From Bdellovibrionota bacterium (GTDB taxonomy: Bacteria > Bdellovibrionota_C > UBA2361 > JBGSMV01), in NCBI GenBank assembly GCA_041739995.1, contig JBGSMV010000080.1:34738-98737 (forward strand): DNA of 64,000 nucleotides, given 5' to 3'. Position numbers and translations under genes: made by a program. This document shows, in pieces, positions 19,073 to 28,371 of the stretch (position 1 is its first letter; the number at the start of each line of letters is the position of its first letter). The notes under the pieces were generated by a model that was given only the letters and a program-made list of their open reading frames with translations, was not told where the DNA came from and searched no databases.

Positions 19073-20242
19073 TCAAGATGAGAGTTTCACCGAACTAGGA
19101 AGGTTAATAATTCTGCCCACCGCCTGCTCAGTGGTAGAGAGGTCCATTCGAGGGCAGGCCGCGTACATGGGTAGCGTATGCAGAGGCTCCCACGCAGGTC
19201 GAACAAAGATATTCTGGGCAACAGCCTCGTTTATAAGGGAATCACGGAGACCTATATTTGGCTCATCAAGAAGCGCCGTATTCAACCAGTAGTTGCTTTT
19301 GGCGTACGAGGGCTCTTGAAAAATTGTGAGGCCCGAGACACCCCGAAACAACTCCAGGTAGCGTTGAGCGAGCGTCCGCTTACGACCGAGAAAGCCAGGA
19401 AGCTGCTCCAATTGAGCCACTCCTAGCGCGGCGTTGATGTTGGGCAAGCGGTAATTGTATCCAACTTCATCATGGGCATACCGCCAGGCATGCGGAACTC
19501 GAGCCGTTGTCGTGATATGCTTAAGGCGTGTGGCCAGCCGCTCGTCATTTGTCAGTATTGCTCCGCCGCCACCCGTCGTAATGGTTTTATTCCCATTGAA
19601 GCTCAATGCCGTCATTACTCCGTGGCTTCCGCTATGCCGCCCTCTATAGAGTGAACCAAGAGACTCAGCAGCATCCTCTATCAACGGAATTCTATATTTT
19701 TCGCTCACGGCTTTTAGGGCGTCCAGATCGACGGGGTGGCCGAAGCAGTGCATCACTATCAACGCTGCAATTCGTCGCCCAGACTGGCGATTACGAAATC
19801 CTTCCTTCTCGAGCGTCCCAACGCGATCGAGGTATGCGTCAAGTTTCTGTGCATCGATACCCAAGGATCCCATTTCAATATCTGCGAAATGACACTGAGC
19901 GCCGCAGTACGCAACGCTGTTAGCTGTCGCGATAAAGGTCAACGAGGGAAGCAGTACTTCGTCGAGGGAGGTAACCCCAAGCACTCTTAGGATCGCGTGC
20001 AGTGCCGACGTCCCGTTTGCCACTGCAACTCCAAACTTGGTTCCCGCATATGAGGCGAGCTCCCTCTCATAACGGTCAACGAACGGCCCCACCGAGGAAA
20101 CCCACCCAGTATCTAGACACTCTTTCACGTAGCGCCATTCATTTCCCTCAAAACACGGCTCGTGAAGCGCATATAAAGTTTGTGGATCGGGACAAACCTC
20201 ACGCAAGGCTTCGACAAATCTTTGAGGCAGGCTGTCACTCAT
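19073..20242 (-). CDS. DegT/DnrJ/EryC1/StrS-family PLP-dependent sugar aminotransferase (LegC/PglE-like)
   Basis: VAVANGTSALH, ALSFNGNKTITTGGGGAIL (the PLP-Lys region) and the N-terminal YALHEPCFEGNEWRYV are typical of this family. 389 aa. Confidence 0.85.
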   Translation of the reverse strand: MSDSLPQRFVEALREVCPDPQTLYALHEPCFEGNEWRYVKECLDTGWVSSVGPFVDRYERELASYAGTKFGVAVANGTSALHAILRVLGVTSLDEVLLPSLTFIATANSVAYCGAQCHFADIEMGSLGIDAQKLDAYLDRVGTLEKEGFRNRQSGRRIAALIVMHCFGHPVDLDALKAVSEKYRIPLIEDAAESLGSLYRGRHSGSHGVMTALSFNGNKTITTGGGGAILTNDERLATRLKHITTTARVPHAWRYAHDEVGYNYRLPNINAALGVAQLEQLPGFLGRKRTLAQRYLELFRGVSGLTIFQEPSYAKSNYWLNTALLDEPNIGLRDSLINEAVAQNIFVRPAWEPLHTLPMYAACPRMDLSTTEQAVGRIINLPSSVKLSS

Positions 20243-20331
20243 GTGCTAAGTTTATATTGTGTCCCATCAATCCCGAAAGTAATCTTTGCAGGCTTTGGTT
20301 CCGAAGCGCCCCTATCAGCCGTTAGAAAAGA

Positions 20332-21351
20332 TTGGTTTCTATGAGTTTGAAAAATAAAAAGGTCCTTGTCACCGGTGCAGGCGGCTTCATTGGTAGCCAC
20401 TTAACTGAGGCCTTAGTCGCTCAAGGAGCCTCAGTGAAAGCCTTTGTTCACTATAACGCTCTTGATTCAAGAGGATGGCTCGACTCCATCGACTCCAAGA
20501 TTGCGCCACACATCGAGGTAATCTCAAGTGACATTCGTGACCCTACGGCTGTACGCAACGCCGCAAAAGGCATGAATGTGGTGTTTCACCTCGCGGCACT
20601 AATCGGCATTCCCTTTTCATACGAGGCGCCGGATCTCTACGTGGATACAAATGTGCGCGGAACGCTCAATGTGCTGCAAGCAGGTCGAGAACTGGGTACC
20701 GAGCGCCTAGTGGTCACCTCAACAAGCGAGGTATACGGCTCAGCTCAATCGGTGCCTATGACCGAAGCGCACCCGCTGCACCCACAATCGCCCTACGCGG
20801 CAAGCAAGGTCGGCGCGGATCAACTAGCGCTTTCATTCCATCGCTCCTTCGCTACACCAGTGACTGTCGTTCGCCCATTCAACACTTACGGGCCACGCCA
20901 ATCTTCGAGAGCCGTTCTGCCCACCGTCATTAGCCAAATCGTAAAGGGAGCAAAGACGCTAAAACTTGGCGCCCTTGCTCCCACGAGGGATTTCTCCTTT
21001 GTAAGTGACACCACCAGCGCCTTTATCACCGCAGCCACCAACGAACGCGCCATCGGAGAGGTGATTCATTTTGGGAGCGGATTTGAAATTTCCGTGGGCG
21101 ATGCGGCGCGTCTTATCGCTCGCCTCATGGACTGTGAAGTTCAGATTGAGGAAGAAAATGTCAGAGTGCGCCCTTCTACCAGTGAAGTTGACAGACTTTT
21201 CGCCGATATCGGTAAGGCTCGCGAACTTTTGGGATGGCAACCAGCTTTTTCTGGGCTCGAAGGCTTCGGACGTGGCCTTAAAGAGACCATCACTTGGTTT
21301 AGCAATCCAGCGAACACTCAACGATACAGAGCTAATCACTACGCGATATAG
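20332..21351 (+). CDS. NAD-dependent epimerase/dehydratase (extended SDR, nucleotide-sugar 4,6-dehydratase/4-epimerase family)
   Basis: KVLVTGAGGFIGSHL Rossmann motif; catalytic YAASKVGAD (YxxxK); 339 aa. Confidence 0.8.
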   Translation: MVSMSLKNKKVLVTGAGGFIGSHLTEALVAQGASVKAFVHYNALDSRGWLDSIDSKIAPHIEVISSDIRDPTAVRNAAKGMNVVFHLAALIGIPFSYEAPDLYVDTNVRGTLNVLQAGRELGTERLVVTSTSEVYGSAQSVPMTEAHPLHPQSPYAASKVGADQLALSFHRSFATPVTVVRPFNTYGPRQSSRAVLPTVISQIVKGAKTLKLGALAPTRDFSFVSDTTSAFITAATNERAIGEVIHFGSGFEISVGDAARLIARLMDCEVQIEEENVRVRPSTSEVDRLFADIGKARELLGWQPAFSGLEGFGRGLKETITWFSNPANTQRYRANHYAI

Positions 21352-21362
21352 AAAAACGCTCA

Positions 21363-22343
21363 CTAGGAGAAATGGGGGTGCCCCTGCCTCGCTTTTGCCT
21401 CGTAGGCTTGAGACATTTCGTCAAGAACGTTCAATGTTTTCTTACTCAATCCCTTCGCAAGCGCTTCTCGTCGATCGGTACGGCCCGAGGAAGGCTCTTT
21501 GCCCGGTAATTTTTCCCTCTTCTTAATCATCTCCATCGAAGGGAGGACAGGCTGCTGTAAGAACTTGGCCAAACGATCAACCTCAGCATCAGGAGAAACA
21601 ACCAAATCTTCGTATCGCAATTGAAAGACTTTCTCCTTCTCTGATGCCGCAAGCCGGGTCCATCGATCTTCCGAACGCTGAGCAATGGTGGCGATCGACC
21701 GAACAACTCGCTCCTCGGCCGAAACATCTGCATAGTCCTCAGCCCAATCTAAGGCGAACCAAGGCACCAACCCCTTCCCCTTTTTGAACGGAATGACGAA
21801 GCCCTTAGGGTCCGTTCCCCAGCGCCCACCCCAACCACGCTGCAACCAAGAAAAACAAAGATCCAAGGGGTGCCGATCTAAACGCACGACTCGAAGCTCC
21901 GGAAGGAAAGAGAAGAACAGATCGATGAAGGGGAGAACTTCGTGCATCACATAGGGGAGATAAGGAGGGTCCGATTGAAGCTTTGCCATGACCTCGGTGT
22001 CGTCCGAGCTTAAGCAGCGCTGGAGGTAGTCAGCAAAACGAGGCGACTGAACAACCGAAGATTTGTCCGATAGTCTGAAGTTCAGACCTCGACCAACCAT
22101 TAAATCATACGCGGTGTTGTCGAACTGAACTTGCAACAGAGAAGTCGCCGTTTCCCTTGAAATTTTTCCGAACGACTCAAGGAACGGGACATGCTCAAAA
22201 ATACTGTGGTATTGAAAGTGCTCAACATTCGAGATACCTGACAGCACGTTGGACACGAGAAACTTTCCGGAGCGAGTAACTCCTTCTACGAATAATATGC
22301 GCTCCACCAACCGAGCGCGATCTCCTAGCGGATAAGATTTCAT
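21363..22343 (-). CDS. Sulfotransferase family protein
   Basis: GVTRSGKFLV (5'-PSB-like), RLDRHPLD (3'-PB-like RxxRxPxD) and LRYEDLVVSPDAEVDRLAKFL (the typical C-terminal YEDL...FLG segment). Confidence 0.55.
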   Translation of the reverse strand: MKSYPLGDRARLVERILFVEGVTRSGKFLVSNVLSGISNVEHFQYHSIFEHVPFLESFGKISRETATSLLQVQFDNTAYDLMVGRGLNFRLSDKSSVVQSPRFADYLQRCLSSDDTEVMAKLQSDPPYLPYVMHEVLPFIDLFFSFLPELRVVRLDRHPLDLCFSWLQRGWGGRWGTDPKGFVIPFKKGKGLVPWFALDWAEDYADVSAEERVVRSIATIAQRSEDRWTRLAASEKEKVFQLRYEDLVVSPDAEVDRLAKFLQQPVLPSMEMIKKREKLPGKEPSSGRTDRREALAKGLSKKTLNVLDEMSQAYEAKARQGHPHFS

Positions 22344-22352
22344 AGATTCTAA

Positions 22353-24620
22353 CTATTCAGTAAAGACTTTGCGGCCAATAGCTATTTCGGAAAGCAAATA
22401 ATTGGAAATTTCAGGCCTCACCAACCATTCAGGCGGTCGCTCTCCTTTCAAGAGACTGGAACGCAGCTCGGTGCCACTAAGCGCCATAAACGATTCCTCG
22501 GCAGAGGTTCGTTCGCCATAAGCACCTTTCGCTGCCAAATACCCCACTTCGTCAAAAAATATTGGCTTAATGTCAAGATCAGGAAACTCTTCGAATATGC
22601 GCCGTGCTGCGTCCTTTGCGTAGAACGACCCCACTCCCGCATGGTCCCTTCCCACAATGAAGTGAGAACACCCAAAATTCTGCCGACAGAGCGCCGTGAA
22701 TACTGCCTCTCTTGGTCCTGCAAATCGCGAATATGAAGCAAAAGTGGAGAATAAGACCTTGTTCTCTGGGTAGTGCGCCCGCAAAAGAATCGAGTACGCA
22801 CGAATAATTGCCTCTGCTTCAAAGTCGCCCGCCTTTCGTTGGCCCACCACTGGATGGATAAATAGGCCATCACACTCCCCACGTATCATCGCCTCGTGAT
22901 GAAGATACTCATGGGAGCGATGAGGTACGTTGCGCGAATGAAATCCTACTACTCGAGTCCAACCGCGACTCTCGAAAATCTTGCGGACTTGAAGCGGTGT
23001 AAGTTCGAAATTCTTTTGCTTCGCAGGAGGTCTACTAAAAAGTGATACTCTGCCGGCCACCGAAAAGCTTCCCCCGCCGAGTATTCGAGCAACCCCCGGG
23101 TGTTTAGAATCAACGGTGCCAAACCAATCACGACAGAGGTCCTCTACCTTAAGTGGGAAGACCTCTGAAACATGCAACAGCCCAAACGGGACTTGATCTC
23201 CCTCCGATACCAACTTAATCACTGGGGCGCTGCCAAAACTCCGTGCCCGCGCTTCCTCTACCTGAAGAAGGATCGGCATCGGCCAAATCTTCCCACCCGG
23301 AAGACGCTTATTTGCCAGAACCGAAGCGAGCTCTTCGGGCCCCATGAACCCTTGAAGTGGACTATAGGTGCCGATAGCGAGCTGCTCAGCGTCCATCGCT
23401 TGCTCGATACGAAGCTCCAACGCCGGAAGTGACGCCAAATAATCCTGGGGAGGAGGTCTCTGTAAAAGTCTATCGACGAGCTGTCCTCCGTGTGGACGAA
23501 TAAGGCTGGCACCTACCGTGGGGCTAGTTAAAAATTTCGAGCGCTCGAGAACTTGTATCAGTTCTTGAGTGCCTCCTCTCATTTCATCAGTCGAACCAAG
23601 GAAGAACAGAGTCTGCTTCCCTACGGTTTGAATTAAATTGATAGCCTCAATCGGGTGCTTCCCGACCGCTGTCTCAGCTGCCAAGACCAAGCCATCTGCG
23701 CCGTCGACAAGCGTATTAACGATATCATTGATCTCGGCCCGACTGGGCTTGAGACTGGCCATCATAGTGTCTAAGAAATTGGTGGCAACAAATACGGGTA
23801 TGCGCTTACCGTTTGCTCGATGGATGATAATCTTTTGCGCAAACGCTACCCTTTCAAGAGGGACTTCTCGGCTAAGATCTCCTCGATCAATCAGGATGCC
23901 ATCGGAGCAATCAAGTATTGAATCTAGGTTCTCTACCGCTCGCTTGGTCTCAATTTTACTGATTACAGTTGCCTCAGGGTAGAGCTCTCGCACTTCCTGA
24001 ACGTCTTCACGAGAGTTGACAAAGGAAAGGTTGAGAAGCGTAATTCCGTGTCTACGAGAAATTTCTATCGCTGCTCTATCCTTCTCACTCAGCGCCGGCA
24101 GTTGAAACTGCTGGTTCTCTACAGAGACCGCTTTATTGTTACCAACGTCTCCTCCCGTAATTACAGTGCACTCCACGTAACCAGCACCACTCAGGTCCGT
24201 GAGGCTGTCGACTCGTAGAATAGCAGTGTCAAAGTCAACGAATATAAGGTCACCAACTCTCAGACTTGCGACCGCTTCCGCCGGCCTCAGAAACAACTGA
24301 CTTGAGCTGCACTTGACGGCCTTACGGTATAGGCGCAGCGAATCTCCAGTGCGAAGAGCTACCTTGGCGACCCCTAGGTCCCCGGTACGAATCTGGCACC
24401 CTTCGGTGTCAACAATGATAGGTGTAGAGATCTCGTTTCTTATCGCGCGGATCGTTGTTTCGAGATCTTCGATCTTGGTATGTGACAAATTGATACGCAC
24501 ATAATCCACATCCCTAGCCGCGATTTTGCGAAGCATTTCCGCTGAAGACGTAGAGGGTCCCAAAGTGACGATGAGCTGCATTGCTCCGCCCTTCTCGCTC
24601 CGAACCGGTAACTTCGCCAT
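22353..24620 (-). CDS. sat: Fusion protein with an N-terminal pyruvate-kinase-like barrel domain and a C-terminal sulfate adenylyltransferase (ATP sulfurylase)
   Basis: The N-terminal ~330 aa align colinearly with pyruvate kinase (LIVTLGPSTSS...RINLSH; IIVDTEG; ISKIETKRAVENLD...ILIDRGDL; VATNFLDTMM...PSRAE). The C-terminal ~380 aa carry the ATP-sulfurylase motifs VVGFHSRNVPHRSHE (QTRN-HxxH-like) and GRDHAGVG. It is a single uninterrupted ORF. I preferred the start at MAKLP (AAGGAG 6 nt upstream), and the alternative MQLIV at 24581 also has a GGAG. Confidence 0.75.
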   Translation of the reverse strand: MAKLPVRSEKGGAMQLIVTLGPSTSSAEMLRKIAARDVDYVRINLSHTKIEDLETTIRAIRNEISTPIIVDTEGCQIRTGDLGVAKVALRTGDSLRLYRKAVKCSSSQLFLRPAEAVASLRVGDLIFVDFDTAILRVDSLTDLSGAGYVECTVITGGDVGNNKAVSVENQQFQLPALSEKDRAAIEISRRHGITLLNLSFVNSREDVQEVRELYPEATVISKIETKRAVENLDSILDCSDGILIDRGDLSREVPLERVAFAQKIIIHRANGKRIPVFVATNFLDTMMASLKPSRAEINDIVNTLVDGADGLVLAAETAVGKHPIEAINLIQTVGKQTLFFLGSTDEMRGGTQELIQVLERSKFLTSPTVGASLIRPHGGQLVDRLLQRPPPQDYLASLPALELRIEQAMDAEQLAIGTYSPLQGFMGPEELASVLANKRLPGGKIWPMPILLQVEEARARSFGSAPVIKLVSEGDQVPFGLLHVSEVFPLKVEDLCRDWFGTVDSKHPGVARILGGGSFSVAGRVSLFSRPPAKQKNFELTPLQVRKIFESRGWTRVVGFHSRNVPHRSHEYLHHEAMIRGECDGLFIHPVVGQRKAGDFEAEAIIRAYSILLRAHYPENKVLFSTFASYSRFAGPREAVFTALCRQNFGCSHFIVGRDHAGVGSFYAKDAARRIFEEFPDLDIKPIFFDEVGYLAAKGAYGERTSAEESFMALSGTELRSSLLKGERPPEWLVRPEISNYLLSEIAIGRKVFTE

Positions 24621-24716
24621 ATCTCTCCTTCTCTCGCCTACCGCATGGAAACATGCCACGCCCGAACAAGAGAGCGCCTTAACATGATGCCTCAATGAAA
24701 GTGTGTTTGAAAGTGG

Positions 24717-25994
24717 CTATGGAGCAGGTGTTAGTGTCAGCAAGGGCTCCCGCTGACGAGCGACTCCAAGCCAAAGCGCGGCAAGCACCGAAGTAACCAC
24801 AGCGCTCAGAATCAAAGTGCAGGCGAACTCAGATGAAATAGCCCCTGCGGCAAGCGCCGTGGTCGCAAGCACAATCCCGGGCCCCCCACGTGCATTCATG
24901 CACACTCCGAAAGTAATGGCAGTAGAGGTACTCAACCCGTTAAAACGGGCACTCACAAATGCACCAATTATCTTTAGGGCGCTGGTCGCAAAGAGGAACA
25001 GAACAAACTGTGACAGTATGAAGTTCTCGCCAAGATGAAGGTTGAGCCCAACAAGAAAGAAGTAGACTGGCGCAAAATAAGCCATCACTATTTCTCGAAA
25101 GTGCTCGTGGGCCCGTTGCACACTTGCTTGGTCACAGGCTCGCGCTCCGATGCCGCCAAAAAATGCTCCGATGGATGGGTCAATACCTCCAAGGCGGGCG
25201 GCGGCTGCACACACCAGGCAAGCGATAATCAGAATGCTTAGAGGCGCAGGCTCAGGGGCATCTTGTTGAGTTGCCGATGAAATAGCACGATGAATACGGG
25301 AGCGCAGTTTGAGCACTTGGGCCAACAGCCTGGGCACCAAAAAAGGAAAGAGAAATACGAACACCAAGAAGGGCGCTCGAAATAGCATATCCATCCAGGT
25401 TGTCTCTGCTGCACCTGCTTGAATGGAGAAAGCCACGGCCAGCACTGCCTAAAGTAGGAGATCCTCTAACGTCGCGGTCGCAAGCACAATTCGTGCAAAC
25501 CGCGTCTGAAGGATTCCAAGATCCATAAAGATTCTGGTGATGACAGGGATTGATGTCACGGAGGCGGCTATAGCAATCATCAATAGCAACGAGACAGGGT
25601 CGCACTTCACTCCGCATAGAGTCTGATAATCAAGCGCGGGGACGATGAGCAATGCGGCCATAAAGGGAAGCACCGCGCTTCCGATCGCGAGTCCAAAGAT
25701 CGTCTTACCCTCCTTTCCAATCGATTTTCGACCTATTTCAAATCCGGCAACAAACATCAAAAGCACTGTACCGAGAGCACTCAGCAGAATAAAAACTGGG
25801 TTGGACTGAGCATTCTCCCCCCACAATATGCGGTGAGCTCCTGGAATCAATCGACCTAAGATATCTGTCCCAAGCAAAACGCCGGCGAAGATCTCACCAA
25901 CCACTCTTGGAATGCGCACCAGCTGGCACAACTGCCCAAGCCCTAACGCCACCGCAATCGCCACAGCCAGGGTGATGAACACGTCACCTACCAT
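24717..25994 (-). pseudogene. Cation/proton antiporter (Na_H_exchanger/CPA family) interrupted by a single in-frame TAG stop. It may be a pseudogene, a sequencing error or a read-through
   Basis: Two adjacent ORFs (25449..26090 and 24717..25445) lie in the same frame, separated only by the TAG at 25449-25451. Both halves are polytopic with CPA-like motifs (GEIFAGVLLG...; ...GGIGARA...), and together they are ~425 aa, a normal antiporter length. Confidence 0.55.
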
Positions 25995-26991
25995 CCGCCC
26001 CCCTGAGTGAAGACAGAATAACTTTTTCTCCGCTCTCACTTGCTTGCCTGCACGCAGCGATAAGGCGCAGTGTTTGAACTCCTTCGGCAAACGTGACCAG
26101 CGGATTCTCAGCGCCCTGAGCGCATTGAAGAAAGTGTCTCATTTCTTCTAGATACATCTGATTTTTATCAAGTAACGCGGGCGAATAGACTTGTTTTGTT
26201 GCTCCGTTAGCGAGCACCGTTACTATGTGCGAGATCCCATCCCACACAAGCGTCCCTTCCGACCCCACCACTCGACAGACTCGCGTTGGGTGACGCTGAA
26301 TCATATCAAGGTGGACTTGCACTCGCAGGCCACTTCCAAACTCGGCAATCAAGTTGACACAGTCCTCTACATCAATATCGAAGGTGCCTGATTTCCACGC
26401 GATCCCTTGAACCGCATGGACGTCTCCGAATAACCATTGAATATAGTCAAGCTCGTGACTGAGCTCCAGTAGTGCCCCTCCCCCAAGCTTGGCTATGGCA
26501 CTTGCTGATTTTGTATAGTCCTTACCGGGCCTCCAATCGGGAAGATATTGGCCAACTTCGGCCGAAGCGCAGACAAGCTTTCCAACAATGCCCTGCTCAA
26601 GAGATCGCTTGAATGCTCGCAATGAACTTGAGAATCGAAGGTGATACCCAACTAAGCAGATAGCCTCGCAACGCTCCAGGATTTTCGAAACTTCTGATAT
26701 CCCTTCATCGGAATGCGAAAGCGGTTTCTCCACTAAGGTGTGAATGCCGGCAGACAGTAATTCCTTTAAATAGGCAAGATGGGTACTGGAAGGCGAAGCG
26801 ATGATTGCGCCATGCAAGGGGGCGGTCAGCGCTTCAGCGATTGAGCTAACTGACTGGTCAGCAAACTCGATACTACCAACACTTCGCACCGAGGGCAGTA
26901 CAAGTATATGAGCCGCTGGAACCAAGGCCCTAAGATTATTCGCGTGACGTCGCGCGATGTTTCCGGCGCCCACTATCAGAAACCGAGACAA
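25984..26991 (-). CDS. Gfo/Idh/MocA-family NAD(P)-dependent oxidoreductase
   Basis: N-terminal Rossmann MSRFLIVGAGNIARRH and the ...EKPL... motif (LVEKPLS). 335 aa. Confidence 0.8.
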   Translation of the reverse strand: MSRFLIVGAGNIARRHANNLRALVPAAHILVLPSVRSVGSIEFADQSVSSIAEALTAPLHGAIIASPSSTHLAYLKELLSAGIHTLVEKPLSHSDEGISEVSKILERCEAICLVGYHLRFSSSLRAFKRSLEQGIVGKLVCASAEVGQYLPDWRPGKDYTKSASAIAKLGGGALLELSHELDYIQWLFGDVHAVQGIAWKSGTFDIDVEDCVNLIAEFGSGLRVQVHLDMIQRHPTRVCRVVGSEGTLVWDGISHIVTVLANGATKQVYSPALLDKNQMYLEEMRHFLQCAQGAENPLVTFAEGVQTLRLIAACRQASESGEKVILSSLRGADGR

Positions 26992-27009
26992 ACGAACCTC
27001 TCTGTAACT

Positions 27010-27921
27010 TCATGAGTTAAACGACATCGCACAGTGCATCTGCGGCTCTTGGGCTGTGACCACAGCCCCGCGAGCGAGCATTGAGTAGAACTCCCTTATG
27101 GTTTCCTCGATCGAACAAAAGAAGTGGTTCTTCTTTGGTGAACGAACTGCCGTGACACAAAGCTCCCAGTCCCCGCCACGACCATAATGTTGATACAGGT
27201 AAGATGTCATGAACAACCCGTACTTGTTTAGCCAGGAAGCCATTGCGATATGGTCCCACACCGACATGTCATCGGCTCCAAATGCGCCTAGCGAATGCGG
27301 TCGACTGCCGTAGCGCCATGCGGGGACAGCCACTATCAGCGAGCCAGAGCTCTTTAATGATCGACCTGCGAACGAGAAGAAATCATTTGGGTCATAAATA
27401 TGCTCAATCGCGTGGTTGGCGAAAATGAGATCATACTGAACATCTCGCGGCAAATCTTCAACCGTCGGCACAATGCGCGTATGAAAATGTTCGTTTCCAA
27501 ACGCAGCTCGACTTCGATCGATTTCGACGCCCCAGAGCGAGTTATGCTGGTTGGCAAGAAATTCAAATGAGCCTCCGATTCCGCATCCGAAATCCAGACA
27601 AGTTCCATTCGTGATGAGACGCGGATCATGCGCATTCATGACCAACCAGGGGAGGAATCGAATAAGTTGATGCGGCGCAAAGTCGATGTAGCCCGGTGAA
27701 ATCGAAGCACCCGAGTTCGCTGCAGAATCTGCGTATGCGCTCTCGAGCTCCGCTCTAGTTGGTCGAGGGCTTTGAAATACATATCCGCAAGATCCGCATA
27801 GCTTCCATGAAGGGCTATTAGAAATGGCCTTTCCCGCTTCTGAATGAGACCCCGAGGGAAGTTGAAGTCCTATGAGAGAAGCTGAGGCACAGCACGGGCA
27901 CTCTTGCAGAGTCAGCGTCAT
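27010..27921 (-). CDS. Class I SAM-dependent methyltransferase with an N-terminal Cys4 zinc-ribbon
   Basis: CPCCAS...CGSCGY zinc-ribbon-like Cys pairs. Motif I CLDFGCGIGGSFEFL and a post-I acidic residue. Confidence 0.65.
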   Translation of the reverse strand: MTLTLQECPCCASASLIGLQLPSGSHSEAGKAISNSPSWKLCGSCGYVFQSPRPTRAELESAYADSAANSGASISPGYIDFAPHQLIRFLPWLVMNAHDPRLITNGTCLDFGCGIGGSFEFLANQHNSLWGVEIDRSRAAFGNEHFHTRIVPTVEDLPRDVQYDLIFANHAIEHIYDPNDFFSFAGRSLKSSGSLIVAVPAWRYGSRPHSLGAFGADDMSVWDHIAMASWLNKYGLFMTSYLYQHYGRGGDWELCVTAVRSPKKNHFFCSIEETIREFYSMLARGAVVTAQEPQMHCAMSFNS

Positions 27922-28371
27922 AAAGTCCCTAGAAAATGTTCCGTTCAGAATAAGGCTAAGCTACTAAGATGAGGAAAAACGAGCAACAGATTCAACCGGT
28001 TGAGAGTACATGCGCGGCCTAGAGGAACCTCACGACGCACCCTAGAGCCACCTGCCCACTCAAAGCTATCCTGGCAATCGACGGCGCGCTTAAAGGTTCT
28101 GAGTGGAACTACAGTTTTTACCCTTCCTATTCACTAGACGAACGCTCAGGTCCCGACGGCGCAATACGCAAAGCGCACTCGATGAGCCTGAGAAGTGTGG
28201 AGCGCATCGAAAGGCACTTTGGTCAGCAGTAGCATTCCCGTAGGATTGCCCTCTCCAATAGCATCGAGGCCCTACACCCGGAGAACTCTATGTTACAAGG
28301 TGAGTAAGGCGACTACCCCCTATGAAGTTGACCCCTCAAATGAACTTCGTTTTTTGGGACAAGCGAGAGTT

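Noticed and set aside
28195-28371. Long N-terminal extension of the NeuB-like ORF in the track (start at 28195)
   Set aside because: The extension is non-homologous to NeuB and the conserved N-terminus (MNIPTGL...FIIAEIG) begins at an in-frame ATG at 28372, so I used the shorter start.
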